Shown here: positions 31,570 through 43,578 of the stretch, piece after piece
How positions within the stretch are numbered: position 1 is the stretch's first letter
How the letters are laid out: every line of letters begins with the position of its first letter
NCBI GenBank assembly: GCA_963783575.1
Contig: CAWAOD010000014.1
Span: 128,001-192,000, forward strand
DNA: 64,000 nucleotides
Reading direction: 5' to 3'
Source: an uncultured Spirochaetota bacterium
GTDB taxonomy: Bacteria; Spirochaetota; Brevinematia; Brevinematales; JAOACQ01
Position numbers and translations under genes: made by a program
The notes under the pieces: model-generated
Database searches by the model: none
The model's input: the letters and a program-made list of their open reading frames with translations, nothing else
What the model was told of the DNA's origin: nothing

Positions 31570-32502
31570 ATGAAAAATAGGTTTTATGGTTTGACGGTAA
31601 TTATGATCCTCTCTTCTCTTTTTTTTAACCTTTTAATGGCGAATGTGAATGGCTCCGGCAATACTATTTCCGAAACAAGGAAGGTGGATTCATTTAAGAG
31701 GGTAGAAGTGGGTGACTTACTGAAATCTTTCATTTTAGCCGGAGACAACTTGAATCCTGATAATTATCAGGTTGAAGTTATTCAGGGTGAAAAGGAAGGC
31801 TTGGCTATAGAAGGTGAAGAAAATATCCTCAAGGTCCTGAATACGGATGTCCAGAACGGAACCATCTATATTTATTTTGAAGAACCGGTACACCTCTCAA
31901 AAATCCTGCGCATAACCATCTATATGAAAAATATTGATGCGCTGGTAAATAGCGGACCAGGTTATCTTTATGCGAAGGGTGTGATTAATGCATCAGACCT
32001 TGAACTATCTATCAGTGGCTCAGGATCAATGATGTTGTCTTACCATGCCGATGATATCGAGGTAAATCTTTCAGGTTCGGGTAACGCTCTTTTAAACGGG
32101 AATTCGGATTCCTCAGATTGGAGTGTGAATGGTTCAGGCAGGATAAAAAATGGAAAGATTATCTCATCCAATAAAACGGAAATTCATATCAACGGTTCCG
32201 GAGATGTGAAGATGGATTTGACCACAAAATATCTGGAAAGCGGGCTATTCGGATCGGGTTCGCTCAGCCTTTCCGGTAGTGCTGAACAGCATAACATTAC
32301 CATAAGCGGATCTGGAAACATACTTTCAACAGACCTGCAAACAAAAATAAGCAAAGTAAAAATAAGCGGATCCGGCAGTGCGGAAATAAGCGTCAGAGAT
32401 CAACTTAAAGCAAATATCTCTGGAAGCGGCAGCGTTTATTATCACGGCAGGCCCGTAATTAATTCCCATTCTTCAGGAAGCGGTAGCGTGACACAGAGAT
32501 GA
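31570..32502 (+). CDS. Head GIN domain (DUF2807) secreted beta-helix protein
   Basis: Signal peptide, VNGSGN...R, many (I/L)SGSG repeats, ISGSGSVYYHGRP end. Confidence 0.88.
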   Translation: MKNRFYGLTVIMILSSLFFNLLMANVNGSGNTISETRKVDSFKRVEVGDLLKSFILAGDNLNPDNYQVEVIQGEKEGLAIEGEENILKVLNTDVQNGTIYIYFEEPVHLSKILRITIYMKNIDALVNSGPGYLYAKGVINASDLELSISGSGSMMLSYHADDIEVNLSGSGNALLNGNSDSSDWSVNGSGRIKNGKIISSNKTEIHINGSGDVKMDLTTKYLESGLFGSGSLSLSGSAEQHNITISGSGNILSTDLQTKISKVKISGSGSAEISVRDQLKANISGSGSVYYHGRPVINSHSSGSGSVTQR

Positions 32503-32696
32503 AATCGGTACCAGGCGGTATTAGTTTTAAACTCGATTTTATTGAGTATCGAGTTAATCAAGCCATTTATAATCTATATTGTTCATTATATTTTAATCTT
32601 GAGAGGATATAGCCTTTATATGATAGATCATTAACACAGTAAGAAGAAATTCGGAAATAAGTGTGGGTCTTACATTATTATTAGTAGGAATTTAGT

Positions 32697-32930
32697 ATGA
32701 AAATGTGGTTTATATTTATTATGATTGTTATGTTCACAATTCCTGCTTTAACTTTTACGCAGTCTTTAAGAGACTGTTTTTTTAGTGCAGCCTGGTCAGG
32801 GCAAACCGATGTGATCTGGGAATTGATCATGGATGGCGCCCAATGTCAATACTAAGAGGGATGATGGCGATCTGGTATAGAAAAGTTGATGTGATTAAGG
32901 TATTGATAAACGCGAAGGCCGGTGCCAAGT
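32697..32930 (+). pseudogene. Decayed secreted ankyrin-repeat gene
   Basis: MKMWFIFIMIVMFTIPALTFTQSLRDCFFSAAWSGQTDVI matches the start of the 36743 gene, then degenerates. Confidence 0.8.
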
Positions 32931-33015
32931 ACTGTCTGGGATATCTCAGCTATTCTATCATCGGATGGAATTATAAAATTCCTATCAATCATATTACTAA
33001 TAAGGAGTGTGGATT

Positions 33016-34330
33016 ATGAAGATTCAAAAACTATTGCAACAGATATTTGGACTTATACTGATTATTGCGTTTCTTGCCGGGTGTAGTGGAAAGGCCGTCA
33101 AAACTTTCATGGAAGGATTTTATCATCACAAATTTCAGCGCAATTCATTTGCCCGTTAACGGCGACGAGAATGAGCATCTGATCTTCGGGGCGATACCAA
33201 TTTCTCAACCGGCACAGAACCTCTCACCGGATTTAGCCGCCTTTCTTGGAAGATGGGAGGGCTATGATTACAGTCCGCCCGTTAAAAAGGATTACAAGGG
33301 CATACTGGTAATTCAGGAAATTACACCGAAGGGAGGCAATGCCTTCTTCTGGTCAGGCTCCAATCTTCAGTTCCCGTTCTGGGTTAAAGAGATTAAATTC
33401 AAAGTTGTGCCCGGTACCACGCCCTCGATACAATGGCAAGATGATCTGACCGGTGGGCCGAACGGAATGAGTGGAATGGGAACATTCATGTTTACCTATG
33501 ACCGCGAAAAGGGCGTTCTCAAAGGCGGCATAAATCTTCCGGGCGACAGCGCGCTCAAAGGGCCTCTCGAATTCAACCGGAATAAGTCCTTCTATGTTTA
33601 CCGGGACTACGCCAAATATCTGGCAAGCAAACGAATCTATCCCAAAGAATTTCTCACAAGTGATTTGCGGCGTTATGGCAGCGGGTATCTGCTCTACTTG
33701 CCGGAAGGCTACGAAGCCAATTCCAAAAAGACCTGGCCGCTGATCATTTTTTTGCATGGCACGGGTGACCGAGGTACAAATGTATTCCTGCTGGCAAAGG
33801 CAAGTCCGTATATGATGATCCGGGAAAAAGGGCCGCTCCCCTTTATTATTACCGCACCACTTTTAAATCTGTCGAAGAAGTTCCGTTGTTTTCCTGGACA
33901 TTATCTCGAAGGCGTGCTTGATGAAGTCATGGGAAATTACAGGGTTGATGATAAGAGGGTTTATCTGACAGGGATTAGCATGGGCGGTGAGGCAAGTTAT
34001 CGTTTTGCGATGGAACACCCTGAAAAATTTGCTGCAATTGCGTCTTTATCGGGATATATGGCGAAATATTTTCCCGCTTTCTATCGAGAAGAAGCGGAAA
34101 TAAAAGGCATTCCGTTAAGCCGGTTAAAGGGAGTTCCGGTCTGGGAGATACATGGATCGGATGATATTATTCTTTCGGTAAATAAAGCTCAGGATATGAT
34201 AAATGATTTTAATAATTCAGGAGTCAATATCAGGTTCACAATATTGAAAAATCATGACCACGATGTATGGACGGATACTTACTCAGATAGCAAGTTCTAT
34301 GACTGGCTGCTTCAACACCGGCGGTCTTAA
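33016..34330 (+). CDS. Lipoprotein with C-terminal esterase/phospholipase alpha/beta hydrolase (frameshift near 33100)
   Basis: Lipobox FLAGC from ATG 33016; YLLYLPEGY, FLHGTGDRG, GISMGG, HGSDD, HDVW. Confidence 0.82.
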
Positions 34331-34395
34331 AACATATGAAGCGTAAGGAATGGATTCATAAAGAATTCATAGGGTGAAAAAAAAGGAGGATAAAT

Positions 34396-35028
34396 ATGAA
34401 AAAGATAATTTTAATTTTGACAATATTTTGTTTTTCGATAACTTTGGGATTTTCTCAACAAAAACAATTAAAAGAGGATATAAAAACAGCTTTAATAATT
34501 ATTGATATTCAGAATGATTATTTCGACAAAGGTACAATGACTCTTGTCGGTTCTGATAAGGCAAGTGAAAATGCAAGACTGATTCTTGATAAATTTAGAG
34601 CGGATAGCTTAACTATAATACACATACAACATATTGCAACAAAACCGACCGCAACATTTTTCTTACCTAACACGATAGGAGTAGAAATTCATAAAAATGT
34701 AAAACCTTTAGAACAAGAAAAAGTTATAATAAAGAATTATCCAAATAGTTTCAGAGAAACAGAGTTGTTAGATTATTTAAGAACCAAGAAAATCAAAAAT
34801 TTGGTGATATGTGGAATGATGACACATATGTGTGTTGATGCAACAACAAGGGCAGCAAAGGATTTTGGATATAACTGTATTGTAATTGGAGATGCGTGTG
34901 CAACCAAAGACCTTGAAATAAATGGGCAAAAAGTTAAAGCAGAAGATGTACAGAAAAGTTTTTTAGCGGCATTAGATTCTTTTTATGCGACAGTTAAAAC
35001 AACAAAACAATATTTAGATGAAAAATAA
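34396..35028 (+). CDS. Isochorismatase-family cysteine hydrolase with signal peptide
   Basis: IIDIQNDYF, KNYPNSF, GMMTHMCVDAT. Confidence 0.9.
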   Translation: MKKIILILTIFCFSITLGFSQQKQLKEDIKTALIIIDIQNDYFDKGTMTLVGSDKASENARLILDKFRADSLTIIHIQHIATKPTATFFLPNTIGVEIHKNVKPLEQEKVIIKNYPNSFRETELLDYLRTKKIKNLVICGMMTHMCVDATTRAAKDFGYNCIVIGDACATKDLEINGQKVKAEDVQKSFLAALDSFYATVKTTKQYLDEK

Positions 35029-35149
35029 TAAAGCATATGACTGGTGAAATCCAAATCGGGCTGATGTACCAATGTAAATGCTAAGAAGAATGATGGCAGA
35101 CTGCTAAAAACTCAGCAGTTGATATAAAAACGGTATCACTGGAGGAAAA

Positions 35150-36700
35150 ATGTATTTTCAATCTTTACCAATAAAAAGAATATTAGGTTCGAGTATTTTT
35201 ATTATTATTGCGGCAGCGCTTGTTAAGCTGGTAATCCATCTCGCGACAGGTTCCAATTATGGTTATTTTATTGATGAACTTTACACTCTTGCCTGTGGAG
35301 AACATCTCTCGTTCGGTTATGTCGATATACCTCCGTTTGCTCCCTTTTTATCAAGAATAAGCGGTTTGATATTTGGTTATTCTTTATTCAGCATACATAT
35401 ATTCCCTGCGGTATCAGGAGCGCTCTTAATAGTTTTTGCCGGTTTATTTACCATGGAATTGGGCGGGAAAAGGTTTGCCGTGCTGTTGACCTGCATCGCT
35501 GTTTTGACATTAGTAGTCTGGCTCATCTTTAATTCCATGTTTGCGTATGATAATTTCGATCAGCTTTTTACCCTGATTTTCCTTTTTATGCTGCTGAAAT
35601 TAATCAAAACTGACAATCCCAGGCTGTTTATCAATCTGGGAATAATCGGGGGTATTTGTCTTCTAACAAAACTGACCCTTGTTTTCATTGTCATTGCTAT
35701 AATCCCGGCATTACTGCTGACAAAAAGCAGAAAATATTTCGCTACTAAATGGCTGTGGATTGCGCCTGTTATTGCAGCCGTTATGTCTGCTCCATACTTG
35801 CTCTGGCAGTACTTTCATCAATGGCCGCTTCTTGAATACCTTCAAGAATACTCGAAATACGGAACTTATCATGCAGACCCGCTTGAATATATCAGGATGA
35901 TTGCCCTTATGATAAACCCGATTTCCCTTCCTTTATGGCTTTCGGGATTTTATTATTATTTTTTTGATAAAGAGGGAAAGGCATATAAGATTTTCGGGTT
36001 TATTCCTGTATTCTTATTCTTTGTATTGTTTATTGTTATAAAGGCTAAGGCTTATATGATTATTGTTACTTTCATTCCATTAATAGCCGCAGGGGCCGTT
36101 TTATTAGGGAATCTTCTTGAAAACAGGAAATGGTTATGGCTGCGAACTCTTTCAATTATTCTGCTGCTGGTCCAGGGATGTTTGCTTTTGCCGATCAGCG
36201 TTCCGCTCTTGAAACCTGATAATCTTGCTGAATATTATATTTTTTTCAATAAGTTTACTAATAAAGTAAAAACTGATAATTCGAAGACTTCAATTTTTCC
36301 GCAAACAACTGCCGATCGTTTCAGCTGGGACGAGCTCGTAAAGAATGTGGCGGATGTTTACAATTCGCTTCCGTTAGAGGGAAGAAAAAAATGTACTATT
36401 TTCGGCGGTAATTACGGAGCAGCCGGCGCCGTTGACCTTCTCGGCGGAAAATACGGATTGCCCATGGCTATAAGCGGCCACCTGACTTATTATATTTGGG
36501 GCCCCGGCACAAACACCGGAGAAATTCTTATATCCATCGGCGTTCCAATGAAGAGGCTTGAAGGCTTTTATGATGAAGTAACTGAAGTCCGGAAGTTGTA
36601 CAATAAATATACAATGCCGAGAAATAATGTACCTGTTTATCTTTGCAGAAAACCAAAAATGACAATACAGGAAGCCTGGAAATTCACGAAGAGTTATTAA
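35150..36700 (+). CDS. GT-C glycosyltransferase (GT39/PMT_2, ArnT-like), copy 1
   Basis: YGYFIDELY, GYVDIPP, many TM helices, NYGAAGA, YIWGP. Confidence 0.85.
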   Translation: MYFQSLPIKRILGSSIFIIIAAALVKLVIHLATGSNYGYFIDELYTLACGEHLSFGYVDIPPFAPFLSRISGLIFGYSLFSIHIFPAVSGALLIVFAGLFTMELGGKRFAVLLTCIAVLTLVVWLIFNSMFAYDNFDQLFTLIFLFMLLKLIKTDNPRLFINLGIIGGICLLTKLTLVFIVIAIIPALLLTKSRKYFATKWLWIAPVIAAVMSAPYLLWQYFHQWPLLEYLQEYSKYGTYHADPLEYIRMIALMINPISLPLWLSGFYYYFFDKEGKAYKIFGFIPVFLFFVLFIVIKAKAYMIIVTFIPLIAAGAVLLGNLLENRKWLWLRTLSIILLLVQGCLLLPISVPLLKPDNLAEYYIFFNKFTNKVKTDNSKTSIFPQTTADRFSWDELVKNVADVYNSLPLEGRKKCTIFGGNYGAAGAVDLLGGKYGLPMAISGHLTYYIWGPGTNTGEILISIGVPMKRLEGFYDEVTEVRKLYNKYTMPRNNVPVYLCRKPKMTIQEAWKFTKSY

Positions 36701-36742
36701 TAAAACATCCGGCAAAATATTCATTAATTGGAGGAATTTACC

Positions 36743-37780
36743 ATGAAAATGCGGTTTAAATTTATTTTGGTTATTATGCTCGCAATCCCTGCTTTAACTT
36801 TTGCTGAGTCTTTAACAGACCGTTTGTTTTATGCGGCCTGGTCCGGGCAAACCGAAGTGATTCAAGAATTGATCAGGGAAGGAGCCGATGTCAATGCGCC
36901 GCATAAATATGAAAATTATACAGGCTATACGGCTTTGATGGCGGCGGCCTGGAATGGAAAAGTTGACACGATTAAGGCATTGATAGAAGCAAAGGCAAAT
37001 GTCAATTCTTCGAGTACAGTCGATATGGATAAAACAGGCTGGACAGCTTTGATGATGGCTGTGACCAGGGGAAATATCGACGCGGCTAAAGTATTGATAG
37101 GAGCAAAGGCAAATGTCAATGCCAGGATGAATAACGGCTGGACAGCTTTGATGGAGGCTGTGACCAGGGGGAATATCGACGTGGCTAAAGTATTGATAGA
37201 AGCAAAGGCAAATGTCAATTCTTCGAGTACAGTCGATATGGATAAAACAGGCTGGACAGCCTTAATGGAGGCGGCCTATCATGACAAAGTCGACGCGATG
37301 AAGGTATTGATAGAAGCTGAGGCCGATGTCAACGCTAAGAGGAATGACGGCTGGACGGCTTTGATGGCCGCGGCGCAGAGGGGGAACGTTGATGCGATTA
37401 AAGTATTGATCACGGCGGGGGCCGATGTCAATGCGACGCATAAATATGAATATTATACCGGTTATACGGCTTTGATGGCAGCGGCCAAGAATGGGAATGT
37501 TGACACAATTAAGTTATTGATAGAAGCAAAGGCCGATGTCAATGCCAGGAGGAATGATGGATGGACAGCCATGATGGAGGCGGCCGATTATGGAAAAATT
37601 GATGCGATTAACGCTTTGATCGAGGGTGGAGCCGATATCAATGCTAAGGATAATAACGGCAGAACGGCTCTGGGAGTAGCGGCCTGGTATGGGGGGAATG
37701 TGACGCGGTTAGCGCTTTGATCAAGGCAGGGGCAGATATCAATAAAGAGGAATGACGGCGGGACAGCTTTGAAATGTTCA
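36743..37780 (+). CDS. Secreted ankyrin-repeat protein (frameshifted tail)
   Basis: Signal peptide plus about nine G(W/Y)TALM.AA..G....K.LIEA.ADVN repeats; ORF stops at 37720 but ankyrin-like sequence continues. Confidence 0.9.
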
Positions 37781-37863
37781 TAAGAAAAAAATAGCCGTTG
37801 ATAAATAGCCGCAATGAAGCTGCTCTAAAAAATAGTTATATATTAATTTTATAAGGAGATATT

Positions 37864-39432
37864 ATGAAAAGTATTTTTAAGTTTAAGAAAGAAATATTGC
37901 TCGGGGAAACAGCGGTCATTTGCTTTTTTATTATTATTAAACTGGTTATCTGTCTCTATCCTTACCATTATGGGTTTTTCAGGGATGAATTTCTGTATAT
38001 TTCCCTCAGCGACCGCCTTGGCTGGGCCTATCTCGAAGTTCCGCCTATCGCGCCTTTGATTCTGGCGGGAGTCCGTTTTTTATTGGGAACTTCTTTCCTG
38101 TCTCTGCATCTGATACCGGCATTGCTCTGTTCCATTGTCATTATTGTTACGGCCTTGATGGTGAAAAAAATGGGCGGGGGCATTTACGCAACGATCCTCT
38201 GCCTGATTTGTGTAACTATGGCCCCCGGGTTTATCGGCAGTGGAATCACATATGATTACAATTCATTTGACATGCTTTTCTGGAATCTTTCCATCTATAT
38301 GATTTTACTTCTACTTGTCTCCGGGGATAAAAAATACTGGCTGTATTTCGGCCTCTTTGCCGGGCTTGGCCTGATGTCTAAAATTACCATGCTTTACCTT
38401 GGTTTTGCGTTATTCTTATCTTTTCTGGCACTAAAAGACCGGAAATACCTTTTTGACAAACGCTTTCTGTTCGGCGGCCTAATCTCGTTATTCATTTTTC
38501 TTCCCTTCATAATCTGGCAGGCTTATTATCATTTCCCGATCATAGATTATTTTAAAGGCTATGTAGGCAAGCTTTCTCATCCATCTCCGGTTCAATATAT
38601 TTTTACCCAGATCGACAATATGAACAGGTATGCTTTTCCAGTCTGGATACTGGGATTAATCTATTTTCTCTTCGATAAGGAAGGCAAAAAATACAGGGTC
38701 TTTGGGCTTGCTTATATTTTCCTCTGCGCTCTTTTTATTTCACAGAACGCAAAGTCTTACCTTATTTACCCATTTTATATGGTGCTTTTTGCCGGGGGAT
38801 CGGTTTTCATAACCCGGTTTATTAAAGAATATAAAATAAAATGGCTCAAAACGGCAGCAGCGGTCATCACTGCGGTCATAACTTTACTTATTTTACATAA
38901 TGGAGTGCTCACCTTACCTTACTGCCGGCCTGTCCTTTCGCCGGAAGCATTTATTAAAATGACAGGCGGCAAAAAATTTTCCGGTGATGAGAAGAGAAGC
39001 TCAGGATTGCTGCTTCCTACGGGTTTTGCCGACTGCTTCGGGTGGGAAGAATTGACTGGAGATGTCGCCGGTGTATATCAAAAATTGAGCGATCAGGATA
39101 AAAAGAAGGCATGCATTCTGGCTAATAATTACGGAGAAGCCGGCGCCCTTCATTTTTACGGTCCGAAATACGGCCTGTCCGATCCGGTCTGCGTCCATAA
39201 TATCTGGTATATCTGGGGGCCGGGAAACAATACCGGTGAAGTGATGATTTTTGTAGGCTATTACAAGGATTTTTATAAGATTCTAACTGCTAATTTCGAT
39301 AGTGTGGAAATTGCCGGGAAAACTGTAACAAAATACGCAATGCCGGATGAAAACGAACACGCGATTTTTCTATGCAGGGGATTGCATTGGCCGTTAAAGA
39401 AATGCTGGAAATATTTAAAGAATTTCAATTAA
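37864..39432 (+). CDS. GT-C glycosyltransferase (GT39/PMT_2), copy 2
   Basis: YGFFRDEFLY, AYLEVPP, NYGEAGA, YIWGPG; paralog of the 35150 gene. Confidence 0.85.
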   Translation: MKSIFKFKKEILLGETAVICFFIIIKLVICLYPYHYGFFRDEFLYISLSDRLGWAYLEVPPIAPLILAGVRFLLGTSFLSLHLIPALLCSIVIIVTALMVKKMGGGIYATILCLICVTMAPGFIGSGITYDYNSFDMLFWNLSIYMILLLLVSGDKKYWLYFGLFAGLGLMSKITMLYLGFALFLSFLALKDRKYLFDKRFLFGGLISLFIFLPFIIWQAYYHFPIIDYFKGYVGKLSHPSPVQYIFTQIDNMNRYAFPVWILGLIYFLFDKEGKKYRVFGLAYIFLCALFISQNAKSYLIYPFYMVLFAGGSVFITRFIKEYKIKWLKTAAAVITAVITLLILHNGVLTLPYCRPVLSPEAFIKMTGGKKFSGDEKRSSGLLLPTGFADCFGWEELTGDVAGVYQKLSDQDKKKACILANNYGEAGALHFYGPKYGLSDPVCVHNIWYIWGPGNNTGEVMIFVGYYKDFYKILTANFDSVEIAGKTVTKYAMPDENEHAIFLCRGLHWPLKKCWKYLKNFN

Positions 39433-39457
39433 AAATTGATTATAAGGAGAAATATTT

Positions 39458-40986
39458 ATGAAAAAAAAGTTTAAATTTATTATATTTGTCATACTAATAA
39501 TACCTGCACTAACTTTTACAGATTCTTTAACAGACCGCTACTTTCCCGGCGATGAATGGCGGATATCCACTCCTGAAGCTCAGGGAATGGATTCCGGGTA
39601 TCTTGTAAAGATGCTGGACTATGTTAAATCGAATAACCTGGAGATACACAGCTTAATAATTATAAGGCACGGATATGTAGTAATGGAGGCTTACGGGGAA
39701 CCTTTCAGAAAGGACATCATACATACACTTAATTCGGGCACAAAAAGTTTCACTTCGGCTTTAGTTAGTATTGCGATAAGGGAAGGCTGTATTAAAAACG
39801 TTGATCAAAAAATTGCCGATATATTTTCTGACAGGGATATTAAGAATCTTGATGATAAAAAAAAGTCCATATCCGTCAGACACCTGCTGACAATGAGTTC
39901 GGGGATTGAATGGGGAATGTGGGATTCGAATACTGGAGATTACTGGAGATCTGATAATTGGACTCAATATTTTCTTGATCTTCCTGTAAAAACGCATCCC
40001 GGCAAAGTTTATAATTATAATACAGGAGGCGCTAACCTTCTACTGGCGGCCGTTCAGAAAACAGCCGGTATAAAATTACAGGAATTTATAGAAAAGTTTC
40101 TCTTCAATCCGCTTGGAATCACCAAATACTATTGGCTGACCGATCCCCAGGGAATCAATATGGGCGGCGGAGGACTCGCTATAACACCGATGGAAATGGC
40201 CCGGTTCGGGTATCTTTACCTGAAAAACGGTAACTGGGATGGAACCCAGGTCGTGCCTGCCGAATGGGTTAAAAAATCCATGACAGAATATATTAAAGTA
40301 TATATGGGGGATCAGGGCTACGGATTCCTGTGGTGGAAAATCCCGTCCGGCGGTTTTGCGGCCGATGGTTACGGCGGTCAGCAAATAATGGTTATACCAC
40401 GGCAAGATATGGTTGTAGTAATTACCGCTAATCTTGATAATGCCTCTCATTGGCCGGTTGAAAACAATCTATGGAAAAATTCATAAACAGGTCGGTTGTT
40501 TCCGGTAAAAATATTCCGGAAGATCAGGGAAAAAATGATGCGTTTGCAGCCGCCATAAGTAATTTCAGTAATCCGGCGAAAGAAACCGCAATTTATATCC
40601 CTGAAAAGGCGAACGAATTATCAGGCAGAAAATATATTCTGGATTCCAATCCGTGGGGTTTGAAATCTATTATACTGAGTTTTAATGGAACAAATGAATG
40701 CATATATGAAGAAAATTATCCGGATTTAAACTTTAAAATGACAATCGGAATTGATGGAAAATACCGGGAGAACCGGTTTGCCGGAGATTCACGAAAACGG
40801 GAACTTTCTAATGGAAGATGGATTGACGATAATACTTTTGTTTATGAATATTACAAACCCTGGGCTGATATAAGTAAAATTCACTGTATCTGCCGGTTTG
40901 AAGCTGACATGATTTCTTTAAAAATTCAGGGAAAATCGACTGACGCAGTATGGTCACAAGTATTTACAGGTGTTATGGAAAAATAA
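39458..40986 (+). CDS. Serine hydrolase, class C beta-lactamase/AmpC-like fold (frameshift near 40478)
   Basis: SGTKS (SxxK), HLLTMSSG, YNYN, MARFGYLYL, GYGGQ; C-terminal domain in the next frame parallels the 43507 gene end. Confidence 0.88.
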
Positions 40987-41064
40987 TAAAAGATAGGGAG
41001 GTCTTTAAAAAAAGACATAATTATGGTTCATCCATCAAAATATACATTAATAGGAGAATTTAGT

Positions 41065-43507
41065 ATGAAAATTTGGTTTATAATTATTGTGGTTGTTATG
41101 ATTAGAATTCCGGCTTTAACATTTGCTGAGTCTTTAAAAGACCGCTTATTCGGTGCGGCTTCGTCCGGGAACGCCTATATGATTCAGGTATTGATCAAGG
41201 AAGGTGCTGATGTTAATGCCAAGAAGGATAACGGCTGGACGGCCTTGATGGAGGCGGCGTACAAGGGGAATGTCGACGTGATGAAGGTATTGATGGAAGC
41301 AAAGGCCGATGTCAACGCTAAGAGGAATGACGGCTGGACGGCCTTGATGGAGGCGGCGTACAAGGGGAATGTCGAAGCGATGAAGGTATTGATAGAAGCA
41401 AGGGCCGATGTCAATGCTAAAAGGATTAATGACGGCTGGACAGCCTTGATGGCGGCAGCGGACAAGGGGAATGTCGAAGCGATGAAGGTATTGATAGAAG
41501 CAAAGGCCGATATCAATGCTAAAAGGATTAATGACGGAATGACGGCCTTGATGGCTGTGACTGAAAGCGGGAATGTTGATGGAATTAAGGCATTGATAGA
41601 AGCAAAGGCCGATGTCAATGCTAAAAGGATTAATGACGGCTATACGGCCTTGATAGCGGCGGCCTCGCGAGGGAATGTCGATGCGTTGAAGGTATTGATA
41701 GAATCAGGGGCTGATGTAAATTCCGGAAATAATAACGGCGTGACAGCTTTAATGTGGGCAGCAGGAATGGGCAAAAACGACATAGTCGCGTCATTGATCA
41801 CTAAAGCCGATGTCAACATAACGGATAAAGACAACAGTACCGCCTTAATGTGGGCGGAAGAAAATTATCAAACTACGGCTGTTGAACTGCTGAAAAAGGC
41901 GGGCGCAAAATATTATTCTTTACCGAAATATATTTCTAAAGCAAAACCGGGGCTGAATTCAAAAAAGGATACTAACGACTACTTTCCAGGAGATGCCTGG
42001 CGGACATCCACTCCCGAAGCGCAGGGAATGGATTCTGAATATCTTATAAATATGCTTAATTATATTATTTCAAATAATGTAAATATTCATAGCATAGTAA
42101 TTATCCGGCACGGATACGTTGTAATGGAAGCTTATAGAGAACTCTTCGGAAAGGACGATATCCATATACTTGAATCATGTAGCTAAAAGTGTGACTTCCG
42201 CCCTGGTAGGCATCGCCATAAAAGAGGGCTATATTAAAAGCGTGAATCAGAAGGTTGTTCCGATCTTTACCGGCCAGGAAATAAAAAATCTTGATGAAAA
42301 TAAGCAGTCGGTAACGATTAAACACTTGCTGACTATGAGTTCGGGGATCAGCCAGCAAGGTAGTGTTTTTATGCCGCAGGAATATTTAAATTCAGGTAAC
42401 TGGAACATGTATTACCTCAATCAGCCGATGGTCGCGGAACCGGATAAATTATACGCTTATGATAACGCGGATGTTAACCTCCTTATGTTGATTCTGCATA
42501 AAACCAGCGGAATGAAAAATTCTGATTTTGCCGAAAATTTTCTTTTCAAGCCAATCGGCATAACCAATTACTACTGGCAGACAGATCCCCAGGGAGATTA
42601 TGACGGCGGAGGAGGACTGGCTATAACCCCAATGGAAATGGCCAGGTTCGGGTATCTTTATTTGAAAAAAGGCAATTGGCAGGGCAAACAAGTAATACCC
42701 GCCGATTGGGTCGAAGCATCATTGTCCGATCAAATCAAACCACCGGCCTGGCTTTCAAAGGACAAGGGGTATGGTTACCTCTGGTGGGAGCTGCAATTCG
42801 GCGGTTTTACAGCAAGCGGGCACGGCGGCCAGCATATATTGGTCATGCCCGAAAAAGACATGATAGTCGTTATAACTGCCGGACTTATCGATGAATATAA
42901 TAATTGGAGAGTCGAGGAATATTTGACTAAAGAATGCATAAATAAATCCATTATCTCCGGCGGCAGTATCCAGGAAAATCCTGTTAAACAGGAGGAGTTG
43001 AATTCTTCAATCCGGGATTTAGGAAACCCACCGGCAATAACAAAAGTTATTATACCAGAAACGGCGTACAAAATCTCAGGCAAGAAATATATCATAGATC
43101 AAAATCTTTTAAAAACCGTTTACTCTATAAATTTAAAATCCGTCATCTTAAGCTTTAACAGGACCGGTGAAAGCATTTTCGAAAGCGATTGGCTGGATAA
43201 TAATTTAAATATTTTCGACAGTTATTCGCCGAATAATAAGACGTCTCATAATATAAAAATGTCTGTAGGATTAGACGGTAAATATCGGGAAAGCGGATTT
43301 AATCCTCACAATGATTTGCATAAAAAACAATTTGTTCGCGGTAAATGGATAAATGAAAACACTTTTGTCGTAGAATTTTATTGGCCATGGAAGGTGGAAA
43401 GTAAAATTCAATTTACATTTCAATATAATGATGACAAAGTTAAAATAACAACGGAAGCGATGTCCGGAGATTTGCTGCAGGAATTTATAGGAATAATGGA
43501 AAAATAG
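41065..43507 (+). CDS. Ankyrin-repeat / serine hydrolase fusion (frameshift near 42179)
   Basis: Signal peptide, about eight ankyrin repeats, then YFPGDAWRTSTPEAQGMD; removing one base restores SVAKS (SxxK); HLLTMSSG, GHGGQ. Confidence 0.85.
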
Positions 43508-43578
43508 TAAAAAGGCAGGCCGGTGCTTAATAAAATATATTTATGAGATTTTATACTTAATTTTATAGGAGAATTGTT

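Noticed and set aside
36830..41760. Near-identical repeats as a diversity-generating retroelement TR/VR pair
   Set aside because: No reverse transcriptase in the window and the differences are not adenine-specific; they are ankyrin coding repeats
39458..43507. Calling the SxxK proteins true beta-lactamases
   Set aside because: The fold family includes esterases, amidases and peptidases; activity cannot be read from these motifs
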